A stretch of DNA of 64,000 nt from an uncultured Alphaproteobacteria bacterium (GCA_902522865.1 CABYXC010000003.1:33672-97671); one strand, 5' to 3'; numbered from the stretch's first letter, positions 10,575-20,076 are shown. Notes: generated from the sequence alone by a model not told the origin. Translations and numbers: made by a program.

Positions 10575-10575
10575 A

Positions 10576-11736
10576 TTATTTTACCTTATGAGGATCTGCT
10601 GCATCACGTAACCCATCCCCTACATAAACAAATGTTAAAATTAATACGACTAAGAAAAATACAGGTATAAAATACCATTGATAGTTTAAAAGTACGTCAG
10701 CCTTTGTTGCATTTTGCAAAAGTACACCTAAAGAGTTTACGGGTTCTCTTAAACCAAGTCCAATAAAACTTAAAGCCGTTTCAGATAATAACATATATGG
10801 AAAACTAATGACTAAATCGACAATAATGTAGCTAGTGAAACTTGGTAATAAATGTCTTAAAATAATGTGAGTAGAAGATGCTCCACAAAGTTTAGCAGCA
10901 AGAATATATTCTTGGCTTCTTTCGCTAAGTAGATGTGTTCTTACTCTTCTAGCAAGTGTTGGCCATGAAATTAATCCAAGTAAACAAGATATAAAAAAGA
11001 AACGTAATTCAGAACTCCATTCTAATGGTGCAAAAGCAGCAAGACACATAAAGAGAGGTATTGGTGGAACCGTTCGAATTGCATCAGTAAACATTTGAAG
11101 TACACTATCAATCCAACCACCATAATAACCTGAAATTCCTCCAATAATTAGCGATAGTACAAATGATATAAAAACACCAAGTGTACCTACAGCTAGCGAA
11201 ATATAAATTGCACTTAACGTTCTACTAAATAAATCTTTTCCTGCTTTATCTGTTCCAAATATGTGAATTCCACCCTCTTCGACGCCAAATAAATGGGTAT
11301 TAAATGTAAAACCTGGAATTTTAAAATCTAAAATTTTACCTGGAAGATTTATATTAAAATCAAAAATTTTATATTCCCAACCTTCGACAAAAAAATAAAC
11401 GTATCTTCTTTTTTCTGTATCAACTTTATACACCCATCTGAAATTTGTATCTGCTCCTCTATACTTTTCTAATGTGTGTAAAAACGGCCTAGCAGAAAAT
11501 CCATTATCATCCCAAAACATTGGAATTTGAGGTGCTCCATTTTCATAATCTTTATCTCTTCCTTTAATTGTTGGATCATAAGGTGATAGAAAATCTGCAA
11601 AGAGACTACAAATAATCATAAACAATAAAATAGAGCCAGCAATCATAGCTGATCTATTTCCGAAGAAGCGTGTTCTTACTAACTGCATTTGTGTTGCAGT
11701 ATAATAAGCCTCTTTTTTTTGATTACTAACCTCCAC
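10576..11736 (-). CDS. Dpp/Opp-type ABC transporter permease (DppC/OppC-like)
   Basis: Multi-pass membrane protein with a BPD-transport EAA-like loop ('ILAAKLCGASSTHIILRHLLP'). Confidence 0.8.
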   Translation of the reverse strand: MEVSNQKKEAYYTATQMQLVRTRFFGNRSAMIAGSILLFMIICSLFADFLSPYDPTIKGRDKDYENGAPQIPMFWDDNGFSARPFLHTLEKYRGADTNFRWVYKVDTEKRRYVYFFVEGWEYKIFDFNINLPGKILDFKIPGFTFNTHLFGVEEGGIHIFGTDKAGKDLFSRTLSAIYISLAVGTLGVFISFVLSLIIGGISGYYGGWIDSVLQMFTDAIRTVPPIPLFMCLAAFAPLEWSSELRFFFISCLLGLISWPTLARRVRTHLLSERSQEYILAAKLCGASSTHIILRHLLPSFTSYIIVDLVISFPYMLLSETALSFIGLGLREPVNSLGVLLQNATKADVLLNYQWYFIPVFFLVVLILTFVYVGDGLRDAADPHKVK

Positions 11737-12739
11737 CCATAACTCCTTTTCTTATTCTTGGATCAATTATAGCTAAAATAATGTCAGTTATAAAATTAAC
11801 AAAAACAATTGTTGCTGTTAAAAGAAAAATAATTGCACCTGCTAATTGCTGATCATTTGACCTTGCTAAAGCTTCAATCAATAATGCACCAGCTTCGGTA
11901 AGAATTAAAATTAAGGCCACAATCGGTAATGCACTAAATATTCGATTAAGGTCAAAACCTATAGAATTGATAACTGGACCTAAAGAATGTTTTGCAGGAT
12001 ATCTCCACAATAAACTCATTCCAGATATTCCTCTAGCTCTTGCAGCCATTACATATAATTTATCATTTTCATCTAACATTAGCGCTCTAACTGTCTGAAG
12101 AGCAAAGGCAGTGGCATTCCAACCTAAAACAAAAATGGGGAGCCAAGCTCTGCTTAAAAAATCAAATAATTTTGCTGATGACCATGGTTCGTTTTCATAT
12201 TCTTGAGAGAATAAACCTGTCATTGTATCCCCATAATAAACAGTCATAAAAAGCATAATACAGAGTGCTACTAAAAAGTTGGGGAGAGCTATTCCAAGAT
12301 AACTAATAAATTTAAGGGTATTATCTAAAGAAGCATATTTTGTCGTGGCCGATATAATCCCAACTGGTATGGCTATTAAATATGAAAATATTAGTGCAAC
12401 CAAACATATTGTTAGAGATAAAGTAAATCTTCCACTTAATAATTCATTAATATTCATTCTTAAAATACAACTGTCACCAAAATCTCCATTAAAAACTATA
12501 TTAGAAACCCATTTGCCATATCTATACAAAAAAGGTTTATCTAAACCTAAACGAATTTTTTCTTTTTCTATGTCTTCATAAGTTATTTGTGATCCTTGTG
12601 TATTTTTAAATGCTAGATATCTTTCAGCACAAGTTCCAGGAACTAATTCCATTAATGAAAAAACAATAAAGCATACAAGAAGCAAAGTTATAATTGCAAG
12701 TCCTGCTCTTGTGAGAGTAAATTGTATAAAATTAATCAT
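11726..12739 (-). CDS. Dpp/Opp-type ABC transporter permease (DppB/OppB-like)
   Basis: Multi-pass membrane protein with 'YVMAARARGISGMSLLWRYPAKH' EAA loop and C-terminal 'DPRIR'. Confidence 0.8.
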   Translation of the reverse strand: MINFIQFTLTRAGLAIITLLLVCFIVFSLMELVPGTCAERYLAFKNTQGSQITYEDIEKEKIRLGLDKPFLYRYGKWVSNIVFNGDFGDSCILRMNINELLSGRFTLSLTICLVALIFSYLIAIPVGIISATTKYASLDNTLKFISYLGIALPNFLVALCIMLFMTVYYGDTMTGLFSQEYENEPWSSAKLFDFLSRAWLPIFVLGWNATAFALQTVRALMLDENDKLYVMAARARGISGMSLLWRYPAKHSLGPVINSIGFDLNRIFSALPIVALILILTEAGALLIEALARSNDQQLAGAIIFLLTATIVFVNFITDIILAIIDPRIRKGVMGGG

Positions 12740-12767
12740 ATAAAATAATTAGGAGACAAGGATAATT

Positions 12768-12800
12768 AAAAAAAGAAAAGCGGCAATATATAATTGCCGC
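12768..12800 (-). terminator. Intra-operon rho-independent terminator/attenuator after the binding-protein gene
   Basis: GCGGCAAT(12780-12787)/ATTGCCGC(12793-12800) stem with a 5-nt loop. On the minus strand it is followed by a U-rich tract (plus-strand A-run 12768-12779). A T7 run at 12801-12807 makes it formally bidirectional. Confidence 0.65.
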
Positions 12801-12825
12801 TTTTTTTATTATTTATTGAGTTAAA

Positions 12826-14880
12826 TTACTCGTCTAACCACCATTGAGTAGCTAGGTATGGGTATGTTCTATAATACTCATACGAAGTAGTTTTAAACTG
12901 CGTAAAGTTTTTCAAAGCATTTCTATGATAAGTTGGGAAAGGTGCTTTCACCGTACCAATCAATAGACTTTGCTCTGTTAACATTGTTGCAATTTTTTCA
13001 CCCCACTCATTAGACTCAGCAGTACCAAGAGCGTAAGATTGGAATTTATCAATTCCATCACTTAAGTCATATACCCACTGAGGAGGTTTAGTACCTTCGT
13101 CACCATTACTATCAATGTATGCTGCCCAATCTAAACCTTGTGTATGGTTAAAGTAGTTACCAAACGGAGGTTTAAATGTTTCTGGGTTACCAGCAACAAT
13201 TGCTAATGGTTGACCTTTATCCCAAACATGAACGTCAAGTTGGTTAGCAGCTTGCGAACCACGATATTCATCTGGAGTTACCTCTTTAAAAGTAGTTTTT
13301 ACTCCTACTTCATTGAAGTATCTTGCAACAAGTTCAACTTCAACACCACCAATACCTTGAGTAGCATAGTCAATGTTAATAGCTAGAGCATCACCATTTG
13401 GTAATTCTCTAAATCCATCACCATCAACGTCTTTTAATCCTACTTCATCAAGAAGAGCATTTGCTCCATCTGGATCGTATTGAGTCATATGCATTTTTAT
13501 ACTTTCAGGGACGAAGTCAGGTGCAGGAGAAAATCCTACAAACTGCTCAACTTTACCTAAACCGTAATATGCAACTTCGTTGATCTCGTCTCTATTCATA
13601 GCAATTGACATTGCTTGACGGAAACGAATATCCCCATAGACTTTACGTTTTTCAGGATCAGGATGTGTTACATTAAAACTAAATAATGCAGCACCACAAC
13701 CTGGATTGATTTGAACTTGATATCCACCAGACTCAGCACCATCAAGTAATTGAGGAGCGGACTCTAATTGAACAGACTGTGATTTATAATCAACTTCACC
13801 ATTAACAAGTTTTAACAATCTTATTTCATTTTCATTGATGTATCTTTCATTTTGATAATCAATGTATGGTAATTGATTTCCAGCTGTATCAACTTGGAAA
13901 AAGTATGGGTTAGCTGCATAGACTCTACCTTCAGTAGTATCTTCAATAGTCATGTAAGCTTCTAAAGAAGGATAAGCTGCATAAGGTAATCCAGCAACTA
14001 GATCTGGTTTAGCTAGTAAAGGAGTTGGAGTATCAGTCCAACCTGAGTTACCATAATATGCTGCTAAAGCATCATAACCATCTGCAAATCCTAATGCCTG
14101 AGCATTTGCATCAGCATTTGAATCAATTTCCGGATGGAATTGTTCTAGGAAATGTGAAGGCATGAAGAACTGGTTATATGACCATGCAATAGTTGCAGTT
14201 AAACCAGGGAACGGAGATGGTAAGTTAAATCTTACTGTTTGATCATCAATTACATCAACAGTCATTGGCTCACCACCAACTAAAAGATATGGATATGGTT
14301 TTTCACGAATCTTTGGATTCATCATCAAATCTTCGTACCAAAACTCAACATCTCTAGCTACAAAAGGTTCACCATTTGACCACTTGTGACCTTTACGTAA
14401 CATGAATGTTAAAGTAGTAAAATCATCATTCCACTCATAATCTTTAGCAACGTTTGGAACAATTGTAGTTAAGTCATCAGCAAAACGTAATAAGTTTACG
14501 TGTCTTGTAGATAGCATATCAGAAGTTCCAGCTTCAGTTGCATTCGATAAGAAGTTTATTGTATTTCCATATTTACCAATAGACTCATATGGTACTACAA
14601 CAAGTGGCTCATCAGGTAATCTATCCTCAACTGGAGGTAGACTTCCTGGGTTACCTTGTATTGTAGCGTTTATGCTAGCAATATTTGGATTATCTGAAAA
14701 CTTCATAGTACAGCCGGCTGCACTTTCATATTCTGATAACTCATATTGCTGAGGATATTTTCCGCCTGTCTGTGCATCGTTCATTGTTGTACCTACGCAA
14801 TGACCACCTGCAAAAGAGCTTCCACTCCAGACAAAGGTTGCGGAAGAAAATACTAACGCTATGAATAGTTTTTTTAACAT
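12826..14880 (-). CDS. ABC transporter substrate-binding protein, family 5 (peptide/oligosaccharide/opine type), secreted
   Basis: 684 aa with an N-terminal signal peptide ('MLKKLFIALVFSSATFVWSGSSFA'). First gene of the operon; codon usage looks like a highly expressed gene. Confidence 0.8.
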   Translation of the reverse strand: MLKKLFIALVFSSATFVWSGSSFAGGHCVGTTMNDAQTGGKYPQQYELSEYESAAGCTMKFSDNPNIASINATIQGNPGSLPPVEDRLPDEPLVVVPYESIGKYGNTINFLSNATEAGTSDMLSTRHVNLLRFADDLTTIVPNVAKDYEWNDDFTTLTFMLRKGHKWSNGEPFVARDVEFWYEDLMMNPKIREKPYPYLLVGGEPMTVDVIDDQTVRFNLPSPFPGLTATIAWSYNQFFMPSHFLEQFHPEIDSNADANAQALGFADGYDALAAYYGNSGWTDTPTPLLAKPDLVAGLPYAAYPSLEAYMTIEDTTEGRVYAANPYFFQVDTAGNQLPYIDYQNERYINENEIRLLKLVNGEVDYKSQSVQLESAPQLLDGAESGGYQVQINPGCGAALFSFNVTHPDPEKRKVYGDIRFRQAMSIAMNRDEINEVAYYGLGKVEQFVGFSPAPDFVPESIKMHMTQYDPDGANALLDEVGLKDVDGDGFRELPNGDALAINIDYATQGIGGVEVELVARYFNEVGVKTTFKEVTPDEYRGSQAANQLDVHVWDKGQPLAIVAGNPETFKPPFGNYFNHTQGLDWAAYIDSNGDEGTKPPQWVYDLSDGIDKFQSYALGTAESNEWGEKIATMLTEQSLLIGTVKAPFPTYHRNALKNFTQFKTTSYEYYRTYPYLATQWWLDE

Positions 14881-14967
14881 ATATTTTCTCCTATAAGATA
14901 AATTTATCGTATGATTTTGTTTGTAAACAATTTTGATTTTTTAGCAAAAATATTTGACGTTTTTATT

Positions 14968-14989
14968 ACAATTTTTTTAAAAAAATTGT
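14968..14989. promoter_or_regulatory. Perfect 22-bp palindrome ACAATTTTTTT/AAAAAAATTGT in a divergent promoter region
   Basis: Read directly from the sequence. It overlaps a possible TTGACG(14955-14960)-N17-TAAAAA promoter facing the sulfatase gene. A second 6-2-6 inverted repeat, TTGTTT-GT-AAACAA, lies at 14917-14930. Confidence 0.3.
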
Positions 14990-15031
14990 GTATTTCTTCT
15001 TAATTAATTACTTTAATAATCATTAGTAAAT

Positions 15032-16567
15032 ATGGAAAAATCCAAAAAATCTGTTCTTTTTATATGTGCTGATCAATGGCGTTTTGACTGCTTTAGCTTC
15101 CTAAATCATCCATATGCTCTAACACCAAACTTAGACAAACTTGCAAAACAAAGTGTAGTTTTTAAATCACATTTTGCTGGAATTGTCCCTTGTGGTCCAT
15201 CTAGAACTACTATGCTTACAGGTTTATATCCATTTATACATCGTTCAGTATATAATGGCGCTCCTCTTGATAAAAGATTTACAAATATCGCTAAAGAAGT
15301 TCGTAAACTAAATTATAATCCAAGACTTTACGGATACACTGATACTTCTTGGGATCCAAGATACTTGGATCCAAAAGATAAAAAAAATTTTACATATGAA
15401 TCACCAATGGAAGGATTTGATGATGGTTGTGTTTTACCAGGGGGAAAACCTGAGCCTTGGGCTAACCATCTTAATCAAAATGGTTTTGAAATTAATAAAG
15501 CAGAAGATTTGTACAAAGGAAGAAAGCCTAAAGATGATCAAGCGTATATTTATGAACCATATTATATTCCAACTGAATTTTCAGACACCGCATTTTTAGC
15601 AGACAAAGTTGTTAATGACTTAAAAAAGGTTAAAGATTCATTTTTTATGCATGTATCTTTTTTAAAACCACACCCACCCTTTCATGTAGCTGATCCATGG
15701 TTTAGTAAATTTAATCCAGATAGTATTAACTTATCTAAAAATGATATTTCACTGAAAGAATTATCAAAAAAACATCCACTACTTGAAGAGTTATGTAAAA
15801 AATTTTTACTAAAAGAAAATTTCTCTGAAATTAATTATGATCTTTTAAAAGATCAAGATATCAAAAATATTATGAGTGTCTATTTTGCTATGTGCGCAGA
15901 AGTTGATTTTAATATTGGTAAAATTTTGAATGCTCTTAAAGAATCAGGGCAAGAAGAAAATACAATGATAATTTTTACTAGTGATCATGGAGAGATGTTA
16001 AATGAAAATAATTTATGGGGGAAATTAGGTTGGTGGGACTCTTCTTATAGAATTCCATTATTTATTTATCTGCCTCAAAACAATCCAAAAGAAATTAACC
16101 ATTTAACAGAATCTGTAGATGTTGCTCCTACAATTTTAGAATGGCTTGGTGGTGACATCCCCATTGATTGGAATGGTCAATCACTGATGCACAATATCAA
16201 TCATAAATACGAAAAATCACCTAATAAAGAATATGTTGTTTTTGATTATGATTTTAGAGAAAGTACTTCATTTGTTAAAGATAAAAAATTAGCGCCCGAA
16301 CAATGTAATCTATCGGTCATTAGAAATAATAAATGGAAATATGTTCATTTTCCTTCATTGCCATGTTTATTATTTGATTTAGAAAAAGATCCTGAGGAAA
16401 TAAATGATCTATCAGACTTAAGAGAATTTAAAGATATAAAACATAAACTAGTATCAAAATTGTTAAGTCACCGCATGATTCATCAGGAGCGACAATTATC
16501 AAACACTAAACTTTCCAGTTCAGGTGTTAATACAAAATCTGGACCATTTAGCAGAAAAATGGAATAA
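15032..16567 (+). CDS. Sulfatase family protein, Cys-type (formylglycine) active site, apparently cytoplasmic
   Basis: 'LFICADQ' metal-binding N-terminus, 'CGPSRTTMLTG' (C-x-P-x-R, Cys54 = 15191-15193), 'SDHGEML'. No signal peptide is evident. Confidence 0.8.
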   Translation: MEKSKKSVLFICADQWRFDCFSFLNHPYALTPNLDKLAKQSVVFKSHFAGIVPCGPSRTTMLTGLYPFIHRSVYNGAPLDKRFTNIAKEVRKLNYNPRLYGYTDTSWDPRYLDPKDKKNFTYESPMEGFDDGCVLPGGKPEPWANHLNQNGFEINKAEDLYKGRKPKDDQAYIYEPYYIPTEFSDTAFLADKVVNDLKKVKDSFFMHVSFLKPHPPFHVADPWFSKFNPDSINLSKNDISLKELSKKHPLLEELCKKFLLKENFSEINYDLLKDQDIKNIMSVYFAMCAEVDFNIGKILNALKESGQEENTMIIFTSDHGEMLNENNLWGKLGWWDSSYRIPLFIYLPQNNPKEINHLTESVDVAPTILEWLGGDIPIDWNGQSLMHNINHKYEKSPNKEYVVFDYDFRESTSFVKDKKLAPEQCNLSVIRNNKWKYVHFPSLPCLLFDLEKDPEEINDLSDLREFKDIKHKLVSKLLSHRMIHQERQLSNTKLSSSGVNTKSGPFSRKME

Positions 16568-16574
16568 TAAAGAT

Positions 16575-17624
16575 ATGTTAACGACTGTTATAGGCGCCTA
16601 TCCAAAACCAAGCTACTTAAAAATAACTGATTGGTTTAATGCTTCTGGTGGCACAGACACAGAATATCCAACTAAATTTTACGAAGATGAAATAAAAAAA
16701 ATGGGCGATAATGTTGAAGAGTTATTTAATAAAGCTACCAAAGAAATAATTAGTGATCAGGAAGAATGCGGTATTGATATCCTAACCGATGGTGAAGTTA
16801 GAAGAGAAAATTATATTCACTATCATTGTAGATATTTAGAAGGAATTGATTTTGCAAATCTCACAGAAAAAGTTGCTAGGACAGGGAATTATAAATGCTG
16901 GTTACCAACAATAACTTCAAAAGTTAAAGCAAAAAAATCTTTTTTAGTTGAAGAGTGGAAAAAAAATCAGAGTTTAACCAATAAAGATTTAAAAATTACT
17001 ATTCCTGGACCAATGACTATAACAGACACCATAGCAAATACATTTTATGATTCAGATGAACATATGGGTGAAGACTTAGCTGATGCTATTAATGTAGAAA
17101 TTAAAAGATTGGTTGATGCAGGATGTAAATATATTCAAGTCGATGAACCGTTGTTTGCTAGAAAACCAGAAAATGCTCTTAATTTTGGAATCAAAAACCT
17201 AGAAAGATGTTTTAAGGATATTAATAATCAAAGTATTGAAAAAATTACTCATATTTGTTGCGGCTATCCTGATAAATTAGATGCAGTAGATTATCCAAAA
17301 GCGCCTTTAGATTCTTACAGTAAAATTAGTAAAGCTTTAGATGAGTCAATTATAGATACAGTTTCTATTGAAGATGCTCATCGATATAATGATTTAAATT
17401 TTTTAAAAGATTTTAAACAAACAAAAGTCATTTTTGGTTTAGTAAAAATAGCAAGCTCTCAAGTAGAGTCTAAAGAAGAAATTGTCTCGAGAATAAATGA
17501 TGCATTAAAGTTTATTGATACGGAACAATTAATTGTTGCTCCTGATTGCGGCCTTGGTCACTTACCTCGAGATTTAGCAAAAATAAAATTAAAAATAATG
17601 GTGGAAGCTGCTGATAGTTTCTAG
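16575..17624 (+). CDS. MetE C-terminal-domain-like protein (cobalamin-independent methionine synthase family, Zn-dependent alkyl transferase fold)
   Basis: 'TTVIGAYPKP' N-terminus; likely Zn ligands 'HICCGYPD' and 'APDCGLGHL'. I set the start at the ATG at 16575, 7 nt after the sulfatase stop, instead of the track start at 16524, which overlaps the sulfatase. Confidence 0.7.
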   Translation: MLTTVIGAYPKPSYLKITDWFNASGGTDTEYPTKFYEDEIKKMGDNVEELFNKATKEIISDQEECGIDILTDGEVRRENYIHYHCRYLEGIDFANLTEKVARTGNYKCWLPTITSKVKAKKSFLVEEWKKNQSLTNKDLKITIPGPMTITDTIANTFYDSDEHMGEDLADAINVEIKRLVDAGCKYIQVDEPLFARKPENALNFGIKNLERCFKDINNQSIEKITHICCGYPDKLDAVDYPKAPLDSYSKISKALDESIIDTVSIEDAHRYNDLNFLKDFKQTKVIFGLVKIASSQVESKEEIVSRINDALKFIDTEQLIVAPDCGLGHLPRDLAKIKLKIMVEAADSF

Positions 17625-18736
17625 TGGACTAAAGTTTCTGGATTAGCATAATCATAATTTAAATCATCAGCAATAGCTTTATATGTAACGGCGCCTTTAA
17701 AAATATTTAAACCATTCATAAAATTTTTATCATTTTTTAAAGCATCATTAAAACCGTTAGAAGCTAAGTTTTGAATAAATGGTAAAGTAACTGCATTTAA
17801 AGCAAGTGTAGAAGTTCTAGGAACTCCCCCTGGCATATTTGCAACACAGTAATGAACAACGTCATCAACAACATATGTAGGGTTTGCATGAGTTGTTGGT
17901 TTACTAGTTTCAACACAACCACCTTGATCAATTGCAACATCAACAATTACAGATCCACTTTTCATCTCTTTGATCATGTCCTTAGTTATAATTTTTGGAG
18001 CATTAGAGCCTGGAACAAGCACACCACCAATTAGTAAATCACATTCAGAAATATAATCTTTTAGATTTATTTTATCACTGTGTAGAGGTTCTATTTTATC
18101 ACCAAATTTTTCTTGTAATTCTTCTAATCTTTTTTCTGATTTATCAACGATGAAAACTTTTGCTTGCATACCGGTAGCAATTATTGCTGCATTTTCACCT
18201 ACAACACCTCCACCTAAAATTAAGACATTTCCAGGTTGAACCCCAGGAGCACCTCCTAAGAGTAAACCACTTCCACCCTTATGTTTTTCAAGTGAATACG
18301 CACCAGCTTGAATCGACATTCTGCCGGCAACAGCACTCATAGGTGCAAGAAGTGGTAATTTATTATTATGATCACTTACTGTTTCATAAGCTATACAAAT
18401 TGAATTTGAATCAATTAAACCCTTTGTCAATTCTGGAGCTGCTGAAAGATGTAAGTAAGTAAACAAAATTTGGTTTTCTCTTATCATTGATACTTCATTC
18501 ATTAGAGGTTCTTTTACTTTTACAATCATTTCAGAATCATTGAAAATATCCTCAGCTGAATTTGCAATTTTTGCACCTGATAATTCATAATCACTATTTG
18601 AAAATCCAGCACCAATACCGGCATCTTTTTGAATTAGTACTGTATGTTTATTCTTTACTAATTCTTTAACACTTTGCGGAGTAAGCCCAACCCTAGACTC
18701 CTGAGCTTTAATCTCAGAGGGAACACCTATTTTCAT
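17621..18736 (-). CDS. ald: Alanine dehydrogenase
   Basis: 'MKIGVPSEIKAQESRVGLTP' N-terminus and 'ILGGGVVGENAA' NAD fold, 371 aa. Confidence 0.9.
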   Translation of the reverse strand: MKIGVPSEIKAQESRVGLTPQSVKELVKNKHTVLIQKDAGIGAGFSNSDYELSGAKIANSAEDIFNDSEMIVKVKEPLMNEVSMIRENQILFTYLHLSAAPELTKGLIDSNSICIAYETVSDHNNKLPLLAPMSAVAGRMSIQAGAYSLEKHKGGSGLLLGGAPGVQPGNVLILGGGVVGENAAIIATGMQAKVFIVDKSEKRLEELQEKFGDKIEPLHSDKINLKDYISECDLLIGGVLVPGSNAPKIITKDMIKEMKSGSVIVDVAIDQGGCVETSKPTTHANPTYVVDDVVHYCVANMPGGVPRTSTLALNAVTLPFIQNLASNGFNDALKNDKNFMNGLNIFKGAVTYKAIADDLNYDYANPETLVH

Positions 18737-20076
18737 TATCTGTCATGCATATAGTTTGAGATACCTGTTCTTAATTTTTCAATTATCTCATCAATATGTT
18801 TTTTTTCACAAGTAAATGGAGGTGCAACAATTAAACAATCACCTGTTGCTTTCAAGCTTAAGCCTGCTTCAAATAATTTTTTAAAACAAGCATATCCAGC
18901 TTTGCCTAAACGCTCATCCATTTTAATATCAATTCCTCCCATCATTCCATATCCTCTTATATCAGTAATGATATCTAAGTCTTTCAAAGTAAATAAACCA
19001 TCTAAGAAATATGGAGACATATCTTTTGCCCTATTAAATAAATCTTCTTTCTCGATTATATCTTGCATTGCTAAACCTGCTGCCATTGAAACAGGTATAG
19101 CAGAATAAGTATAACCATGAAAAAATTCTATAGCTCCTGTAGGTGAAGCATCAACAATAGTGTCATAGATATGATCACGTGAAGCTACTGCGCCTAAAGG
19201 TACAACACCATTAGTAATTGCTTTAGCCATTGTCATGATATCTGGACAAACATCAAAAGCTTGAGCTGCAAATGGGGCGCCCATTCTTCCCCAGCCAGTA
19301 ATAACTTCATCAAAAATTAAAAGAATTCCGTGTTTGTCACAAATTTCTCTTAGTCTTTTTAAATATCCTCTTGGCGGAACTAAAGTTCCTGTTGATCCTG
19401 CTACTGGCTCAACAATACATGCAGCAATATTTTCAGCACCTATGTTACCAGCAATCCTTTCAAGATCATCTGCTAGATCAGCACCTGTTTCAGGTTCGCC
19501 CTTTACAAATAAATTTTCAGGTAAATGAGTATGTCTTAGATGATGTACATTTGGCATGAGAATATTTGAGAAAGTTTTTCTATTAGCAATCATTCCGCCA
19601 ACAGAAATTCCTCCAATATTCATTCCATGATAACCTCTTTCTCTTCCTACTATGTGAGATCTATGACCTTCTCCTTTTGCTTTAAAATATGCTATGGCTG
19701 TCTTAATTGCTGTTTCTACAGCTGATGAACCACAAATAGTAAAAAATATTTTATTTAAATCTTCGGGCGTATGTTTTGAAACTTTTCTAGCTAAATCAAA
19801 TGAACCACCAAAACCTTGTTGAAATGGTTGAACATAATCTAATTGCTCTAATTGTTTAGATACTGCTTCTCTTATTTCTGGTCTTGAATGACCCGCTGGA
19901 CTACAAAATAATCCTGAGCTAGCATCAATTAATTTATTTCCATAATGATCAGTATAATAAACACCTTCTGCCTTAACCATTAATCTTGGACTATTTTTAT
20001 AGTCTCTATTAGATGTAAATGGCATCCAATGTTCTTCTAATGAATTAGGTATTTCAGTTCTTTTTTCTAAGTCCAT
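18736..20076 (-). CDS. Class-III omega-amino acid:pyruvate aminotransferase (candidate taurine/beta-alanine:pyruvate aminotransferase)
   Basis: 'HWMPFTSNRDYK', 'GRERGYHGMNIGGISVGG', 'LIFDEVITGWGRMG' and PLP-lysine context 'TMAKAITNG'. 1-nt overlap with ald. Confidence 0.85.
   Translation of the reverse strand: MDLEKRTEIPNSLEEHWMPFTSNRDYKNSPRLMVKAEGVYYTDHYGNKLIDASSGLFCSPAGHSRPEIREAVSKQLEQLDYVQPFQQGFGGSFDLARKVSKHTPEDLNKIFFTICGSSAVETAIKTAIAYFKAKGEGHRSHIVGRERGYHGMNIGGISVGGMIANRKTFSNILMPNVHHLRHTHLPENLFVKGEPETGADLADDLERIAGNIGAENIAACIVEPVAGSTGTLVPPRGYLKRLREICDKHGILLIFDEVITGWGRMGAPFAAQAFDVCPDIMTMAKAITNGVVPLGAVASRDHIYDTIVDASPTGAIEFFHGYTYSAIPVSMAAGLAMQDIIEKEDLFNRAKDMSPYFLDGLFTLKDLDIITDIRGYGMMGGIDIKMDERLGKAGYACFKKLFEAGLSLKATGDCLIVAPPFTCEKKHIDEIIEKLRTGISNYMHDR

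Noticed and set aside
16524-16574. Upstream start for the MetE-like gene overlapping the sulfatase 3' end
   Set aside because: The conserved N-terminus of this family begins at 'MLTTVIGAYPKP' (16575). The extension overlaps the sulfatase by 44 nt.
16568-16574. Riboswitch (SAM or cobalamin type) ahead of the MetE-like genes
   Set aside because: The upstream gaps are only 7 nt (at 16568-16574) and 4 nt (at 31580-31583), which is too short for any riboswitch aptamer.
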